Made by a program: the position numbers and the translations under genes
In this document: piece after piece, positions 11,474 to 23,913 of the stretch
How the letters are laid out: every line of letters starts with the position of its first letter
Numbering within the stretch: the first letter of the stretch is position 1
Source: the human T2T-CHM13v2.0 reference genome, Homo sapiens
Direction: 5' to 3' (one strand)
DNA length: 64,000 bases
Assembly: GCF_009914755.1 (NCBI RefSeq)
Contig: NC_060938.1
Notes under the pieces: generated by a model
Database searches by the model: none
Told to the model about the DNA's origin: nothing
Seen by the model: only the letters and a program-made list of their open reading frames with translations

Positions 11474-12871
11474 TGAGAGGTGACAGCGTGCTGGCAGTCC
11501 TCACAGCCCTCGCTTGCTCTCAGCGCCTCCTCTGCCTGGGCTCCCACTTTGGCGGCACTTGAGGAGCCCTTCAGCCCACCGCTGCACTGTGGGAGCCCCT
11601 TTCTGGGCTGTCCAAGGCCGGAGCCCACTCCCCCAGCTTGCAGGGAGGTGTGCAGGGAGAGGCGCCAGCGGGAACCGGGGCTGCGTGCGGCGCTTGCGGG
11701 TCAGCTGGAGTTCCGGGTGGGCGTGGGCTTGGCGGGCCCTGCACTCGGAGCAGCTGGCAGGCCCTGCCGGCCCTGGGCAATGAGGGGCTTAGCACCCCGG
11801 CCAGCGGCTGCAGAGGGTGTACTGGGTTCCCCAGCAGTGCCAGCCCACCGGCGCTGCGCTCGATTTCTCGCCAGGCCTTAGCTGCCTTCCCGTGAGGCAG
11901 GGCTTGGGACCTGCAGCCCGCCATGCCTGAGCCTTCCACCCCCTCCGTGGGCTCCTGTGCCGCCCAAGCCTCCTCGACGAACGCCACCCCCTGCTCCACG
12001 GCGCCCAGTCCCATTGACCACCCAAGGGCTGAGGAGTGCGGGCTCACTGCGTGGGACTGGCAGGCAGCTCCACCTGCGCCCCGGTTGGGGATCCACTGGG
12101 TGAAGCCAGCCGGCCTCCTGAGTCTGGTGGGGGCCTTGGAGAACCTTTATGTCTAGCTCAGGGATTGTAAATACACCAATCGGCACTCTGTCTCTAGCTC
12201 AAGGTTTGTAAACACACCAATCAGCACCCTGTGTCTAGCTCAGGGTTTGTGAGTGCACCAGTGGACACTGTTTCTAGCTACTCTGGTGGGGCCTTGGAGA
12301 ACCTTTGCCTCATACTCTGTATCTAACTAATCTGGTGGGGAGGTGGAAAACCTTTGTGTCTAGCTCAGGGATTATAAACGCATCAACCAGCGCCCTGTCA
12401 AAACAGACCACTCGGCTCTACCAATCAGCAGGACCTGGGTGGGGCCAGATAAGAGAATAAAAGCAGGCTGCCCTAGCCAGCAGTGGCAACCCCCTCGGGT
12501 CCCCTTCCACATTGTGGAAGCTTTGTTCTTTCACTCTTTGGGTCCACACTGCTTTTATGAGCTGTAACACTCACCGCAAAAGTCTGCAGCTTCACTCCTG
12601 AGCCAGCGAGACCACGAGCCCACCGGGAGGAACGAACAACTCCAGACGCGCCGCCTTAAGAGCTGTAACACTCACCGTGAAGGTCTGCAGCTTCACTCCT
12701 GAGCCAGCGAGAACCACGAACCCACCAGAAGGAAGAAACTCCGAACACATCGGAACATCAGAAGGAACAAACTCCAGACGCGCCACCTTAAGAGCTATAA
12801 CACTCACCGCAAGGGTCCGCGGCTTCATTCTTGAAGTCAGCGAGACCAAGAACCCACCAATTCCGGACACA
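11474..12871 (+). mobile_element. Solo LTR12C (ERV9), ~1.4 kb, CpG-rich
   Basis: Starts TGAGAGGTGACAGCGTGCTGGCAGTCC, ends CCAATTCCGGACACA; repeated 'tctagctcagggattgtaaa..caccaatc' U3 units; TSD ccac (11470-11473)/ccat (12872-12875). Confidence 0.95.
12170..12465 (+). promoter_or_regulatory. LTR12C core promoter: CCAAT (NF-Y) boxes, GATA site, AATAAA TATA-like box
   Basis: CCAAT at ~12176, ~12217 and ~12421; 'ccagataagagaataaaagcagg' at ~12444-12467; matches known ERV9 LTR promoter layout, activity not shown. Confidence 0.65.
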
Positions 12872-13530
12872 CCATGGCCACGAAAATTCAGGCTCATAAA
12901 CAATTTGAATGGTGAGTGAGACAGAGCTTTATTGGATGAAAAGGAAGAAAAAGGGGAAACAGGGACTCTTGCTAGGCCAGAGTTCCTGCTAAAGCACTTC
13001 CTGCCCGCATTCAAATCCTAGGTTCACACAGGAAGAGGAGGCGCCAGGCTCCTCCCTGCTGCAAATGTCTTGAACTTCCCAAGGCACCACCCCAGTGGGC
13101 AGGCTGGTTGGTGTCTCTCCAGGGACCCCCTTCCCACCAGGCTGTCTCAGTGGGAGCAGAATTTTCTTTTATTATTGGTCAGTTCCAGTTCCAGATTATA
13201 AAATCAATAACTGAAATTGGAAGGATCTGCCTCCCACATCAAGAAAATACCATAGAGAATTATACCTTACAATGAAGAATATCAGATTATTATACACAGT
13301 GAAAATTATTTATGGATAAGTTCACAATTTACATCAGAAAGATTTAATGTGATGAATCATTTTAGGAGGGATATCTTTTCAGCTTTTTGCTTCTTACTCA
13401 GGTATTCAAAGAGACCAGCTGAGAAACTTATGTGATAATTGGACATCTTTTTTCAATAACATGTGATTTCAAATTCTGAGTAGCTCCTCCTTGCCCAGAT
13501 ATTTCAAAGGTTGAGGCTTAAATATGACCC

Positions 13531-13790
13531 ATGTATTAATCAGCTTTGCTGAAGTAACAAGCAACAACCCCCAAATCCCAGTGGCTTATAAAATTATTTT
13601 TCACTCACATTGCCCCTAAATTATGAATTGGTTGTGGTTCTGCTAGATGGGACTTCTAATTCCTGAATCAAAGCAGGACTAGCTCCTCTTTTAGATATGC
13701 CACAGGGAAGAGTGAGAGAGCTGGCCAAAAACGTGTGCTGCCTTTTAAAGCTTCTGCTTCAGAAGCTCTGGCATATCACATCTACTCATA
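13531..13790. mobile_element. Ancient ERVL/MaLR-type LTR fragment (LTR33/MLT1-like)
   Basis: 'tgtattaatcagctttgctgaagtaacaagcaacaacccccaaatcccagtggctta...'; highly diverged. Confidence 0.45.
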
Positions 13791-13794
13791 TGCA

Positions 13795-15100
13795 ACACAC
13801 AGAGAGAACTAAAGGACTCAAATGTGAAAGTCTTGAGGCCAATATATAATCAAAGGAATAGGCAGCCAATAGTTTTTAAAGAAAAAACAAATTTTCTGGG
13901 TTTAGGGGAGAAATCTAATATAGAAAAAGAACTGCCATGAAAGAAATTTCTCTTTTTCTGATTTTCCTGTTATATCTCTGCTAGGATGCCAATACTATAA
14001 GAAAAAATAAAATATTATTGCCCCATAACATAGAATAGAAAGCAAAACATCAATAGGAGGAGTAAAAACCAAAAAAAAAGTGAAAATAAATAAATAAAAG
14101 GAGACAGTGTTACAAGACAGAAGGTAAGTATACAAGAAAAACAAGCTGCAGGAGACAGTACATGTATGGAAGAAATGTCATTTTCTCAAGCCTTAGAGAT
14201 CTCCACTAAACTAAGCTCTTTGAAGAATAGGCCAAAACTTTGATGAAAATGAGCTCAATTAACAGAAGAATGGTGTAGACTGTATTGCATAGTAAGAAAC
14301 TCCAGCCCTGTTACATGCAAAATCAAAATTTTAGATTAAAAAAAAGATCAGAGAAAGGCAGTCAAAGAAAAAAATGAGTTCTTGAAATACACCTCACATA
14401 AAAATCACTGACTTTCAAAACTCCTCTCAGAAATCTATAAGAAGATATCAATTATTCTGTTAACTGAAATAATTCAGTTATATATTTTAAAATATATGTG
14501 TTAAGTACTACTGTTTTTCTTTTTCTTTTTTTTTTTTAATGTAGAGATGGGCTCTTGCTATGTTGCCCAGGCTGGTCTTGAACTCCTAGTCTCAAGGAAT
14601 CCTCTGGCCTTGACTTCCTAAAGTGCTAGGATTACAAGTGTGGACCAGGGCATCCAGCCTGCTCTTTTAAATAAAGATTTTAATGCCAATAATAAAATTC
14701 TACTCTATATTTGAAGCTGAATTTGCAGCTTATCAATAAAAGAATTAAAATATAGTAACTAATAAAAATGGGAGAGAGAGAGAGAGAGATTGAAAGAATG
14801 AAATGTTAAAAGAGTAAGTGAGCCCCCTTCATTATCAATTTTAGAAAATCTGTAAATACTGCTTAAATTGACAATCAAGAAATAAAGTGTAACTATATTA
14901 TTTAGTGTTATAGACATAACCACCAAAAGAACTTAAAATACCATAAGTTGCTACTTCTGAGGAAGGGACTGATGGTGAGAGAAAGTAAGGAATCTAAAAA
15001 TACTTTAACTTTTTATTAAATAATTTAACATTCTTATTTTATGCCATTTTGGTCGTTTACATTCTTATTTCTACACACATGTATTACTTTTCAAATAAGA
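13795..15100 (+). mobile_element. Highly diverged L1ME-like fragments
   Basis: A-rich L1-like composition, e.g. 'tagacataaccaccaaaagaact..gttgctacttctgagga..ctacacacatgtattactttt'. Confidence 0.4.
14514..14660 (-). mobile_element. FLAM / Alu monomer
   Basis: Poly-T then 'gtagagatgggctcttgctatgttgcccaggctggtcttgaactcct...gtgctaggattacaag'. Confidence 0.88.
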
Positions 15101-15113
15101 AAGCATTAATTGG

Positions 15114-15478
15114 CACACCAGATTGGCCACAGCCCAAGACTAGCCCCACAAACCCTTTTTCACAATTAAAGCTTTACAGAAAATATAAACAGTGACAGTT
15201 GGGGGGCCTGGCATAGCAAAACATCTTCTAAAAGGAAAAAAACAAAACTTGCTTAAAAACTGCTGATGGGGTGGAGAAGAGGAAAGGAAAAAAACAGTTT
15301 AAAAATGCCTAGGGAAGAACCTCTTACTCTTATGCAAGTGGTTCCTCCACCAGGGAGACTAGTTCAATTACTGCCCAGTGGAGTAAAACCCCTTGGCAGG
15401 GGAAGGGGAAGGCTCCTGCAAAAGCAGGTGGTTGGGACTGCCAGCCTGCTGTGCCAGATCCTTGAGCCATGCATCCCA
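15114..15478 (-). repeat. Ectopic direct duplicate of MER61 internal segment 10891-11255 (offset 4223 bp)
   Basis: 15125-15478 matches 10902-11255 with 8 substitutions by my count; no LTR; flanked by taattgg (15107-15113/15485-15491). Confidence 0.95.
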
Positions 15479-17180
15479 TGCCTCTAATTGGAGGCATGAA
15501 ATTTTATGATGATATTTGAACAGAATGAATGTGTGTGTCTCAAATTGGAGCAAAAATACTTCTCAGTACCTTAGACAACATCCCTTAGACAAGATACCAA
15601 AACACAATCTGAGTTTGAGCCCAGTAAATTTAAAAAAAAAACCCTAATATCCTAATGCTTTCTCTAGTCAGAAATTAAAGTTCTGTACTTTTGTAAATTT
15701 TTCCTTTTCTTCTTGGCTGACGGGAAAGTTAGAGCAAAGATCAGTGCCCCAGTTCTATCAACTCATGTTGGGTGTCTGTTCACCTCATTCCCTCTGCTAT
15801 GGTTTAGATGATATCTGTTCATTCTATTTCTAACTCTCTTATTTTGTATTATGCGTAATCTCATAAGCCACTTCAATTTTTTTTGAAAAACAGGAAGGAT
15901 GTAAATTCTAAACAAAAAAGATAGAACAAAATATTTTGAAATTTTAGAAACTTTTAAGAAACTCTCTAATGAACTAAATGTAGCTGTTTTAGTTAAAAAT
16001 TTGTAAAATACAGGAATTTTATATTAAAAACACAAAATGAAAAAGTAGCAGTGCTCATGTGCAATTATATAATCATTAATAAATTATAAATAATTTAATA
16101 GATACATAATTATAGATTATATAATAGATATATAGATTATAAATAAATAAACAGCAAAATAAATATAGTGTTTTCAAATACTTTTTCAAAGTCACAACAG
16201 AAAAGGCCTATACATTAATTATTTTAAAAAACAAATTAGGTTAAAATTTACTAATTCTCTCCCTTCATATATGTATATACACACACATATATACACACGC
16301 ACTTCTTTTCTTCACTTATTTTCTTCATTTGCCAGAGCCAATTTTTAAATGGAATTAACTATACTTGGGTTTATCTCTTTGTCATGCACACCATTAATAG
16401 CCTCACTACTGAAATAAGTTAGTTCTTTATTATTCCCTAAGGCAACAAGAGGCTGTAATTATTTTGTGAATCATTTTGTCTTTAATTAATTTGTGTTGTC
16501 TCTTAACATTAAAATTTAGTAGCGATAAGGTTGAATTGGAGTTTCTGTTTATAGGTTTTGTAAGCAGAGCTATTGACTCACAATTTTCTGATTAATTAAA
16601 TGAAATATTATTAGGTAATGATTCACATGCTGGAAAAAATAAAGTTCTGTCCAAATATAACTGCTACTCTTTAAAAGTATATTGCAATTTATTATTATTG
16701 TCATTTTTCAGAAATGATAAGCTTTGATTCTCATTCACTATGTTATCTTTAAAAATAGATCAGCTGACCTTAAGAAAAATTCATCATTATTCAACACCTC
16801 TTTGGCTAGAACGATTTTAGTCCTATTCAGGCAAGCTCAGAAAGCACTTCCACTGCAGGAAATTGAAACCTTAGCTTGTGTTTAAACTCAAAAACTAAAT
16901 CACCCTTGTAGTAAGCATTCCAGTCTTTCCCCAATTAGTCACACAAACAATTGTATAAAAATCAACCAGTCTATGCAATGATATAATTTCATAATTTATC
17001 AAAATGATAAAATGACCAGAACTAAATCAACTATACATAAGGTCATTTTTAGCTAATGTAGATTCATACTATTATAAGTATTAATCTATTAAAAATAATG
17101 CAACCAAGGATATTCATAAATGTATATATTATTTACATTACCTTCAAATGTAAAACTTAGTTCTTAAAAATTCAGATATA

Positions 17181-17484
17181 GGCCGGGCGCAGTGGCTCAC
17201 ACCTGTAATCCCAACACTTTGGGAGGCCAAGGCGGGTAGGTCACCTGAGGTCAGGAGTTCAACACAAGCCTGACCAACAAGGTGAAACCTGATCTCTACT
17301 AAAAATACAAAAATTAGCTGGGCATGGTGGCGGCACCTGTAGTCCCAGCTACTCGGGAGGCTGAGACAGGATAATTGCTTGAACCTGGGAGGCGAAGGTT
17401 TCAGTGAGCCAAGATTGCGCCATTGCAATCCAGGCTGGGCGATGGGGCAAGACCCCGTCTCAAAAAAAAAAAGAAGAAGAAAAA
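17181..17484 (+). mobile_element. AluS
   Basis: GGCCGGGCGCAGTGGCTCAC start, dimer, A-tail, imperfect TSD aaaaattcagat/aaaaatatcagat. Confidence 0.95.
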
Positions 17485-18409
17485 ATATCAGATTACTAGA
17501 AATTAAAGAATATGTAAGTAAAACAATAAAATTTATTATTTTATACCATTCTATTGTTTTCCTATCAAAAGTATATAATATAATATATTTAAAAATCCAA
17601 TGAATATTTTTAATTAACAGGATGATTGATAGTTGTTTTGAGTCTCTCTGCAACATCTAACAAATCAGTCACCAATTGCTGCAGAAGTCCATGGTAGGAA
17701 CTCAACATTTGCAACTTACCAATTACTCCTTGGCATCCTCCTAGGCCTCTCCTTCTAGCTGGGGCTACCAACCTACAACCTTCTAGTTCAACTCCAACCC
17801 AGTATCTTGAACCAATTCTGATCTTAAGCAGAATAAGGCCTATCCTAACATTCTGAAATTTAGTATAAGATTATTGGTGCCATTTATTTTGCAACTCAGA
17901 ATTGTTTTAGGCTGTTCCTTATAACCCAGAATTTTAGTCTTGATTACCCTGCATGGTTTCCTGTGTTTCTGTACATTTACTCTTTGATTTGGTTAACTAG
18001 GACACTATTGATTTGATTTAGATTCTACTCCTAGTTACTGACTCTCCACCATACACCCAGTCTAGGCTCCTTTGCTCAGACTCCTCTAAGAGGGAAGAAT
18101 TAGATAATAAGGAAAGCAGACAAATGAGATATTTTATCCATTATTGATAGATTCACAAAGATATCCATCCCAGGTCCTTTGCCCATCTTTCTCTTAGCAG
18201 CGAGGATTGTATAGTAAAGGAAGGAGACCTATGAATAATTTTTCATCACTCTTATTAGACTCCCAAAGATCCATGACCTTGAGTGGAAACAAGGCACTTG
18301 TTAGGTAAGCAGCATCTAGGCAGCTGCTTAGTGAGTACATTCCAAAACAGTATCTTGTTTCCTCCTGGTCATCATGTGCAAAGCAAGTCTAATTAGGTGA
18401 TATAGTACT

Positions 18410-18980
18410 TTAGGCAGACTGTATTACCTAATGATAACAACAATAGTTCCCATTCTACATCCCCTTGTGCAATATGAACTTGGTACTCCCCCATTGAGAA
18501 GTAGAATCTATTTCTCTACCTCTTTGGGTCTGATCAGGCCCTCTGCTACTTTGGCCAATAGAATACAATGAGAGTGATACTGCTCCAGTTTCACCATAGC
18601 CCTTAATTGGTCTAAAGGGGTCCAATTTGTGTATCTTGAAAGTCAGCTACTGTGTTAGCAGTGTGAGTACCTCGTAACACCATGCAACAAGAAGCCCAAG
18701 CCATGTGGAGAGGCCAGGAAGATGAGATACAATGTGGAAAGAGAGAGGCCAAGAAGCACCAAAGCACTAGATATGTGCATGAGAAACCTACCTTGGATGG
18801 TCCACACAAGAAAAAGGAGTTTGCAGATGACTCTAGTTCTAGCTGCTATCTGGGTGTGACAATGAGCAACACCCTGAGAACTTACCACCTAAGCCCAGGC
18901 AATCCACAGAATCATGGGATATAGTAATGTCATTGTTTTAGGTTACTATGGGGGATGTTGTTACATAGATAACCAGAACT
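18410..18980 (+). mobile_element. MLT1 (MLT1F/H-like) MaLR LTR
   Basis: 'gaagtagaatctatttctctacctc', 'ggccaatagaatacaatgagagtgatactg', ends 'gttacatagataaccagaac'. Confidence 0.7.
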
Positions 18981-19509
18981 GTGCTATTCATATATTCAAG
19001 GTTTTATAAAGTCTTACTCTTCATTGCCAAGGCTTCATTGAATATTTATAGGTTAAAATATTTGAAATTACAATTTCCCAAATAATGTTCTAAATATAAA
19101 GCCACTGAGCAATATGTAGATGGACAGTCATCAAAAGATGATTTGGAAAAATGACATAGAACAATAAATTTTAGTGGCTCTCCACCTTCTTCAGCTGGAA
19201 TACATCTGAGGGATACAGCACATTACTATCAATTGCATCAATTGCTATCAACAACAACAGGAGTTTTAGTTTAAAAAGACCCAAAGACTATTTACTGTCA
19301 GATCCTTCAGTTAATCATCATGAAAATATTAAATAAAAAATAACCATATTCACACTTTCTTGTCCATAGTGAAGAGTGCTTGGTGAGTTTAAAGAGAGAC
19401 TTTTTAGTGATACTCATTTATATAATTTCTTAACAAGACGATGGTCATCTTTAAACCAAACTTTATTTTCAGACGTTTGACTAGCTCTACCCATCATGAA
19501 ATGTAGTTT

Positions 19510-19725
19510 GTGAAATTGTGATGTTCACAATCCCAAATCCACTTCTTTCCAGCTGCATGACCTTGGATAAGTTCTTTAATCTCTTTGTGCTTTAGTTTCG
19601 TCATCTGAAAAAAAAAGGAATAATAATAGTATCTACCCCCTAAAGTGGTAAGGAGGATTAAGTCAGTTAATAATGCATAATAACAGTTTCTGGAAGTAGT
19701 AAGCATCATATAAATGTTAGCTTAT
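19510..19725 (+). mobile_element. MIR
   Basis: Core 'agctgcatgaccttggataagttctttaatctctttgtgctttagtttcgtcatctgaaaa..gaataataatagtatctacc'. Confidence 0.85.
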
Positions 19726-20343
19726 TTATTTTTTATCTCATTCATTACATTAGGAACACCTGATTGTAGAATGGCCATAACAAATCCTGGTATCAAATGG
19801 ATTTCACTAGACAAATAGCCTAAATTCTCCTTAGAGTTAGATAAATGGAAAATACTTATTAAATAGGATTCTAAGTAGTGATTACTCCTATCACTCTTTT
19901 GATCAGTCTTATCAAAAGCAAGCAGAGCACTTTAATTCCAACTTATTGTGTAACTTTTAAGGAAGATACCCTAACCCAGAAATGTCAAATCGAGCTGACT
20001 GAATGAATTAGTACATTGCCTCATCCAAAATGAACACCATGATCCCAGCTAACTTGATGAGGAGTTTTAGCTGGACTTTCAGATTCTTTTAAAGGGGAGT
20101 AAAGCTGTTCATTGAAATGTACTTTGCCTGGTCAAATATTTGATGCAGTAAAAAGCAGTCATAAAAGCTGAAACTAAGACTCAGATCCCATGCCAATCAT
20201 TCTAAAAAAGCAAGCACCAAAGACTGTTTCCTAGAATTTTACCATTTTTTAAAGAGAATATCATATAGATGCTATATTTGTAGTTTATGCTTCACGATTC
20301 AGTGCTTTTTCCTGCTAACTATTGAAGCTGAGAAGCTCAACAT

Positions 20344-20376
20344 TCACACACACACACACACACACATACGCACACA
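20344..20376. repeat. (CA)n microsatellite
   Basis: Direct reading. Confidence 0.9.
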
Positions 20377-21093
20377 AATAATACTAACAATGACAGAATC
20401 GAAAGTTCTTTATCCAACATCCATTCTTCCCTTCAGCCTTAGTAATTGAATTACAGTTTAAAAAACAGCAAATATGTATGATAAACATTTATTTTCATTT
20501 AAAATGTATAAGCAAAGACTACTTATTCTACTCTCTTTTGATGTAGTGCCAAAGTCTTTTCTTTGAATGTCTCCATCGATTGCAATTCTCCACTGTCTTT
20601 CTTTCATAAATCACTCTCATAATTCATCTTCTACAATGTCCAGTTTCAGTGTCTTTGAAGAGAAAAGAAGACATTTGTTAGGGAATTAATGCATATCCTT
20701 TCATAGTTTGACAATTTTTTTTCCAGGCTTTCACAATTTCCTCCCCACATCTAATTTGGCAATATTTTTAAAAAATAAAATTTGCCTTCATTGTGTATTT
20801 CCAAAGAATAAACTTTATTTTCATTTCAACTACTTTACTTTTTACTAACTTGAATACTGTGGGTTTAGATAATATTTGTAAAATCACATAATTCTATCAG
20901 AATGTCTGAAATACACAGGTTTGGGAACAAATATAACTGGATCTTACCAAGCCAAAAAAAAAAAAAGTACTGAATAAGTGGGAATAAAAGTGAGCAGTCA
21001 CATTTGAGATGAGCCTCATAATTGTCAGGATTCAGCATGCACATTCATCATCAGAATATCTGATAGACATAATGCAGAGTTTAGGTTTATCTC

Positions 21094-21171
21094 TTAGTTT
21101 TGTGCAAAAGTAACTGCAGTTTTTGACTTTACATTATGGCAAAAACTGCAATTATTTTTGCACCGAACAAG
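21094..21171. mobile_element. MADE1 miniature mariner (Hsmar1-derived MITE)
   Basis: ~78-bp imperfect palindrome 'ttagttttgtgcaaaagtaactgcagttttt...aaaaactgcaattatttttgcaccgaacaa'. Confidence 0.85.
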
Positions 21172-21407
21172 TAGCAATGATTAAGTAGAAGTTGCATATG
21201 AGAGATTTCACCCCTAAAGATATTTTATGGATTTTTCAAAAAATATTCCCTACCCTCTTCTTAATCATAGAAAATATTTTTAAAATATGTATATTTCTAA
21301 AGCAGACTATCTTACTGTTTTTGATGTTGGTGTTTATAAAGAATAACAAACCCTTGAGACATATTCACATGTCTTTATTCCTAGGAGGATAATCAGCTAT
21401 TAGTCAC

Positions 21408-21761
21408 TGTTATGGGTTAAATTGTAACCCTCAAAAAGTCATATGTTGAATTTCTAATCCCAGTACCTCAGAATGTGACCTAATTTGGAAAAAAGATCAT
21501 TGCAGGTATAATTAGTTAAGATGAGTTCTTAGTAGAGTAGGGTAGGCCCTGAATCCAGTATTACTGGTGTCCTCATAAAATGGGGAAACTTGAAAATAGA
21601 CACACATCCAGGAAGAATACCATGTGAACATAAAGGAAGAGATAGAGGTGATGCACCTACAAGCCAAGGAATGCAAAGATTTCCATCAAACACTGGAATC
21701 CTGTTGTTTCAGCCACTCAGTTTGTGGTACTTGGTTACAGCAGTCCTAACAAACTAATACA
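21408..21761 (+). mobile_element. MLT1B/C-like MaLR solo LTR
   Basis: TGTTATGGGTTAAATTG...cccagtacctcagaatgtgacc...aaactaataca; near-TSD gtcac/gtcca. Confidence 0.85.
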
Positions 21762-21789
21762 GTCCATCTTTAGATCAATTTATCCTTAG

Positions 21790-22645
21790 CTTACAGTCAT
21801 ATTAAGCTTAAATCTGACTTCATCTGGTTTCTATTTATGTCCTTCTCTGCAGCTTCTTACAATTTGTCAGGTCTTCTCTTTTCTAGGTAGGTAGCCTCTT
21901 GACTTGAAAATGTTTCTTCATATCATATTATTTCGCTATCCTGATCTCTCTTCTAATGCATTCCTAAAAATACAGTCTTATGCATAAAATTAAAAATAGC
22001 ATGTGACCTGCCTAATGCAAAGTAAGGCAAAGAATAAATCACCTATCTTCCAAACATGATTTTTTTGTAATGACACAGCCCAAGGTGCAATCATGGCAGC
22101 ACATTAAACTGCTTACCCTCATTGAACAAAAATCTTAGTTTCCACACATGCTTTTTCTAAGCCATGTCTCTTCTGTATTCTTTGTTGGAGCTGATTTTTT
22201 TGATCCAATGATAAAACTTTAATGTTTAATCCCGAGAAACTTCATTTTGCTGCTCTGCCACATCATTCTAGCACATCAAGTTTAGCTTAGAACCTGATTC
22301 ATTTAGTTAAGTCATTAGGAAAAAAAAGTTGACGTACAGGGAAAGGATAGATTCCCTAAGCCACATTACCAGAAACTTTCTCCAAGCCAAGTTTATCTGT
22401 TACGTAGCAATCTGGGATATACCTTATCAGTCAGTTTCCAAGAAATGTAGCTGTGCTAACACCAAGTACATATCTCTTCAAAAGTTTAAAGAAAGGTTAT
22501 ATTACTTTAATAAATACAAATAAATTATATCTCTATCCTTCCCCTGATCTACCAGCCTAACAATTCTGTCAAAAAAAGGACATGAAGCTAATTCAGCATC
22601 ACTTGTTTTTGGAGAAACCAGGCTGAGTCTTAGTGATCTCTGCTA
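21790..22645 (-). mobile_element. CR1/L3 LINE fossil (RT domain)
   Basis: Minus strand ~22640-22510 reads EITKTQPGFSKNK*C*ISFMSFF/DRIVRLVDQGKDRDIIYL, resembling the CR1 RT motif ITRSQHGF.KNKSC.TNLISFFD.VT.LVDQG.AVD.IYLDF; left boundary approximate. Confidence 0.8.
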
Positions 22646-23049
22646 AGTAATGTAACACATTTCTTCATTTTTTAAGAAATTGACTTCCAAATTTAGCTGA
22701 AATCACATTAGAATTCATTATATGACTTTTTCTTCATAAATCTAAATGAACTGCAAAGTTTAACATTTCAATATAATCATGATAAAATTAAATCTTAGTT
22801 CATTTTAGAAAGTTAACTTGAAATTGCCTAAAGAATGAATAGAGTGCATTTTTCAATGAAAAATGTTTCTAGCTTGCAGTAATGCAGCTTTTTCAGTCAT
22901 ATAAATAGAAGCTACCAAATATGCTTTTGAAAAAATACGATTTATTTCAGAATTGAATTACTGACTTAGAACTTCAGTGCTGTCTTCTTTACAGACATTT
23001 AGCGTACTTTATCCTAATCTTACTTCTAATCTTTCATTTATACTTTTTC

Positions 23050-23340
23050 CTTTGATTCATTCCCTCAGCTCCTTCTAGGACTTTGTTTAAAATATCTCCT
23101 GCCCCCTCCCTTTAAAATGCACACTCTATCATTTCCCATCCCCTTCCTTTATTTCCTTTATCACACTTATCCCTTGGCATTATTGATATTCATATATTTT
23201 CCATCTCACTTGCTAGAATTTAAACTACACAAGAATAGGAAGTTTATCTGTTGCTTTAACAGCCACATACCCAGGTTGAGAACAGTACCCAGCACATAGT
23301 TACTTCTCAACAAATACTTGTTGGAGGAGTGAATGAAGCA
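23050..23340 (+). mobile_element. L2 3' end
   Basis: 'ctagaatttaaactacac...agaacagtacccagcacatagttacttctcaacaaatacttgttggaggagtgaatgaa'. Confidence 0.75.
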
Positions 23341-23913
23341 ATAAAGAGAAGTACCAATTATACTATTAAGTAAACATTTCGCAACCAGAATACTAAGAGA
23401 CGAATGTAGGCAAGAGGTGGTAACTGAAAACACCAAGTCACAGTTGAGATAAAACTCACCTATACATGCTACAGATTTAATTAAACATAATATTGTATAA
23501 TTAAAATTACATCTAATATTTTAGATACATGTTTACTCTTTTAGAATTATAACCCACAACTATAAAATAATAGTTCAACAACTCTAAATATCACATAAAT
23601 TTCCTAATAAAATGCAGCCAAAATGTCACTATGTTTGTAAAAATAACTTTATTTTCCCACTCAATATATAATTTCCTTCTTTAATTCAAATATTCAAATA
23701 ACCTGATGAGGGAAGAAGCATAGTCTCTGCTGCCCATTCTCGCTATCTGTTTTCCCATTTACCCCTTATTCCCACTCTCATCACCCCATCTTCACTATGC
23801 CGGAATTCACTCCCTTCTATACGTCTTTATTGTCTATGCTATGAATAATTATCTTTTAAAATCAGAAAAAGAAAGCAATTACTTAAATGAGTAGTTATTT
23901 AAATAAATGTCTG

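Larger units (their letters stand above)
6185..13149 (-). mobile_element. MER61-type ERV1 provirus: 3' LTR 6185-6506, internal 6507-11423, 5' LTR 11424-13149 (split by LTR12C)
   Basis: Two homologous LTRs (tgttg..gacttttccttagttcagctaaaga..ctgtctca); 4-bp TSD gtgg (6181-6184/13150-13153); PPT next to 6507; env-tail-like peptide AIKLQTVMQPEP on minus strand at ~6655-6690; no intact ORF. Confidence 0.9.

Noticed and set aside
11043-13014. Dense overlapping GC-rich ORFs suggesting a CpG-island gene
   Set aside because: They lie in LTR12C or the MER61 leader. High GC content depletes stop codons in all frames and there is no recognisable domain.
15266-15487. Duplicated ORF MGWRRGKEKN... (also 11043-11282) as a paralogous small gene
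   Set aside because: It is antisense to ERV internal sequence and is explained by the DNA-level duplication; the stop codons differ.
16061-16150. AT-rich short repeats (tatagattatataatagata)
   Set aside because: Low-complexity slippage tract with no further structure.
17144-17656. 170-aa ORF, and similar ORFs at 23907, 35688 and 41949
   Set aside because: Typical Alu translations ([28 protein letters not shown]).
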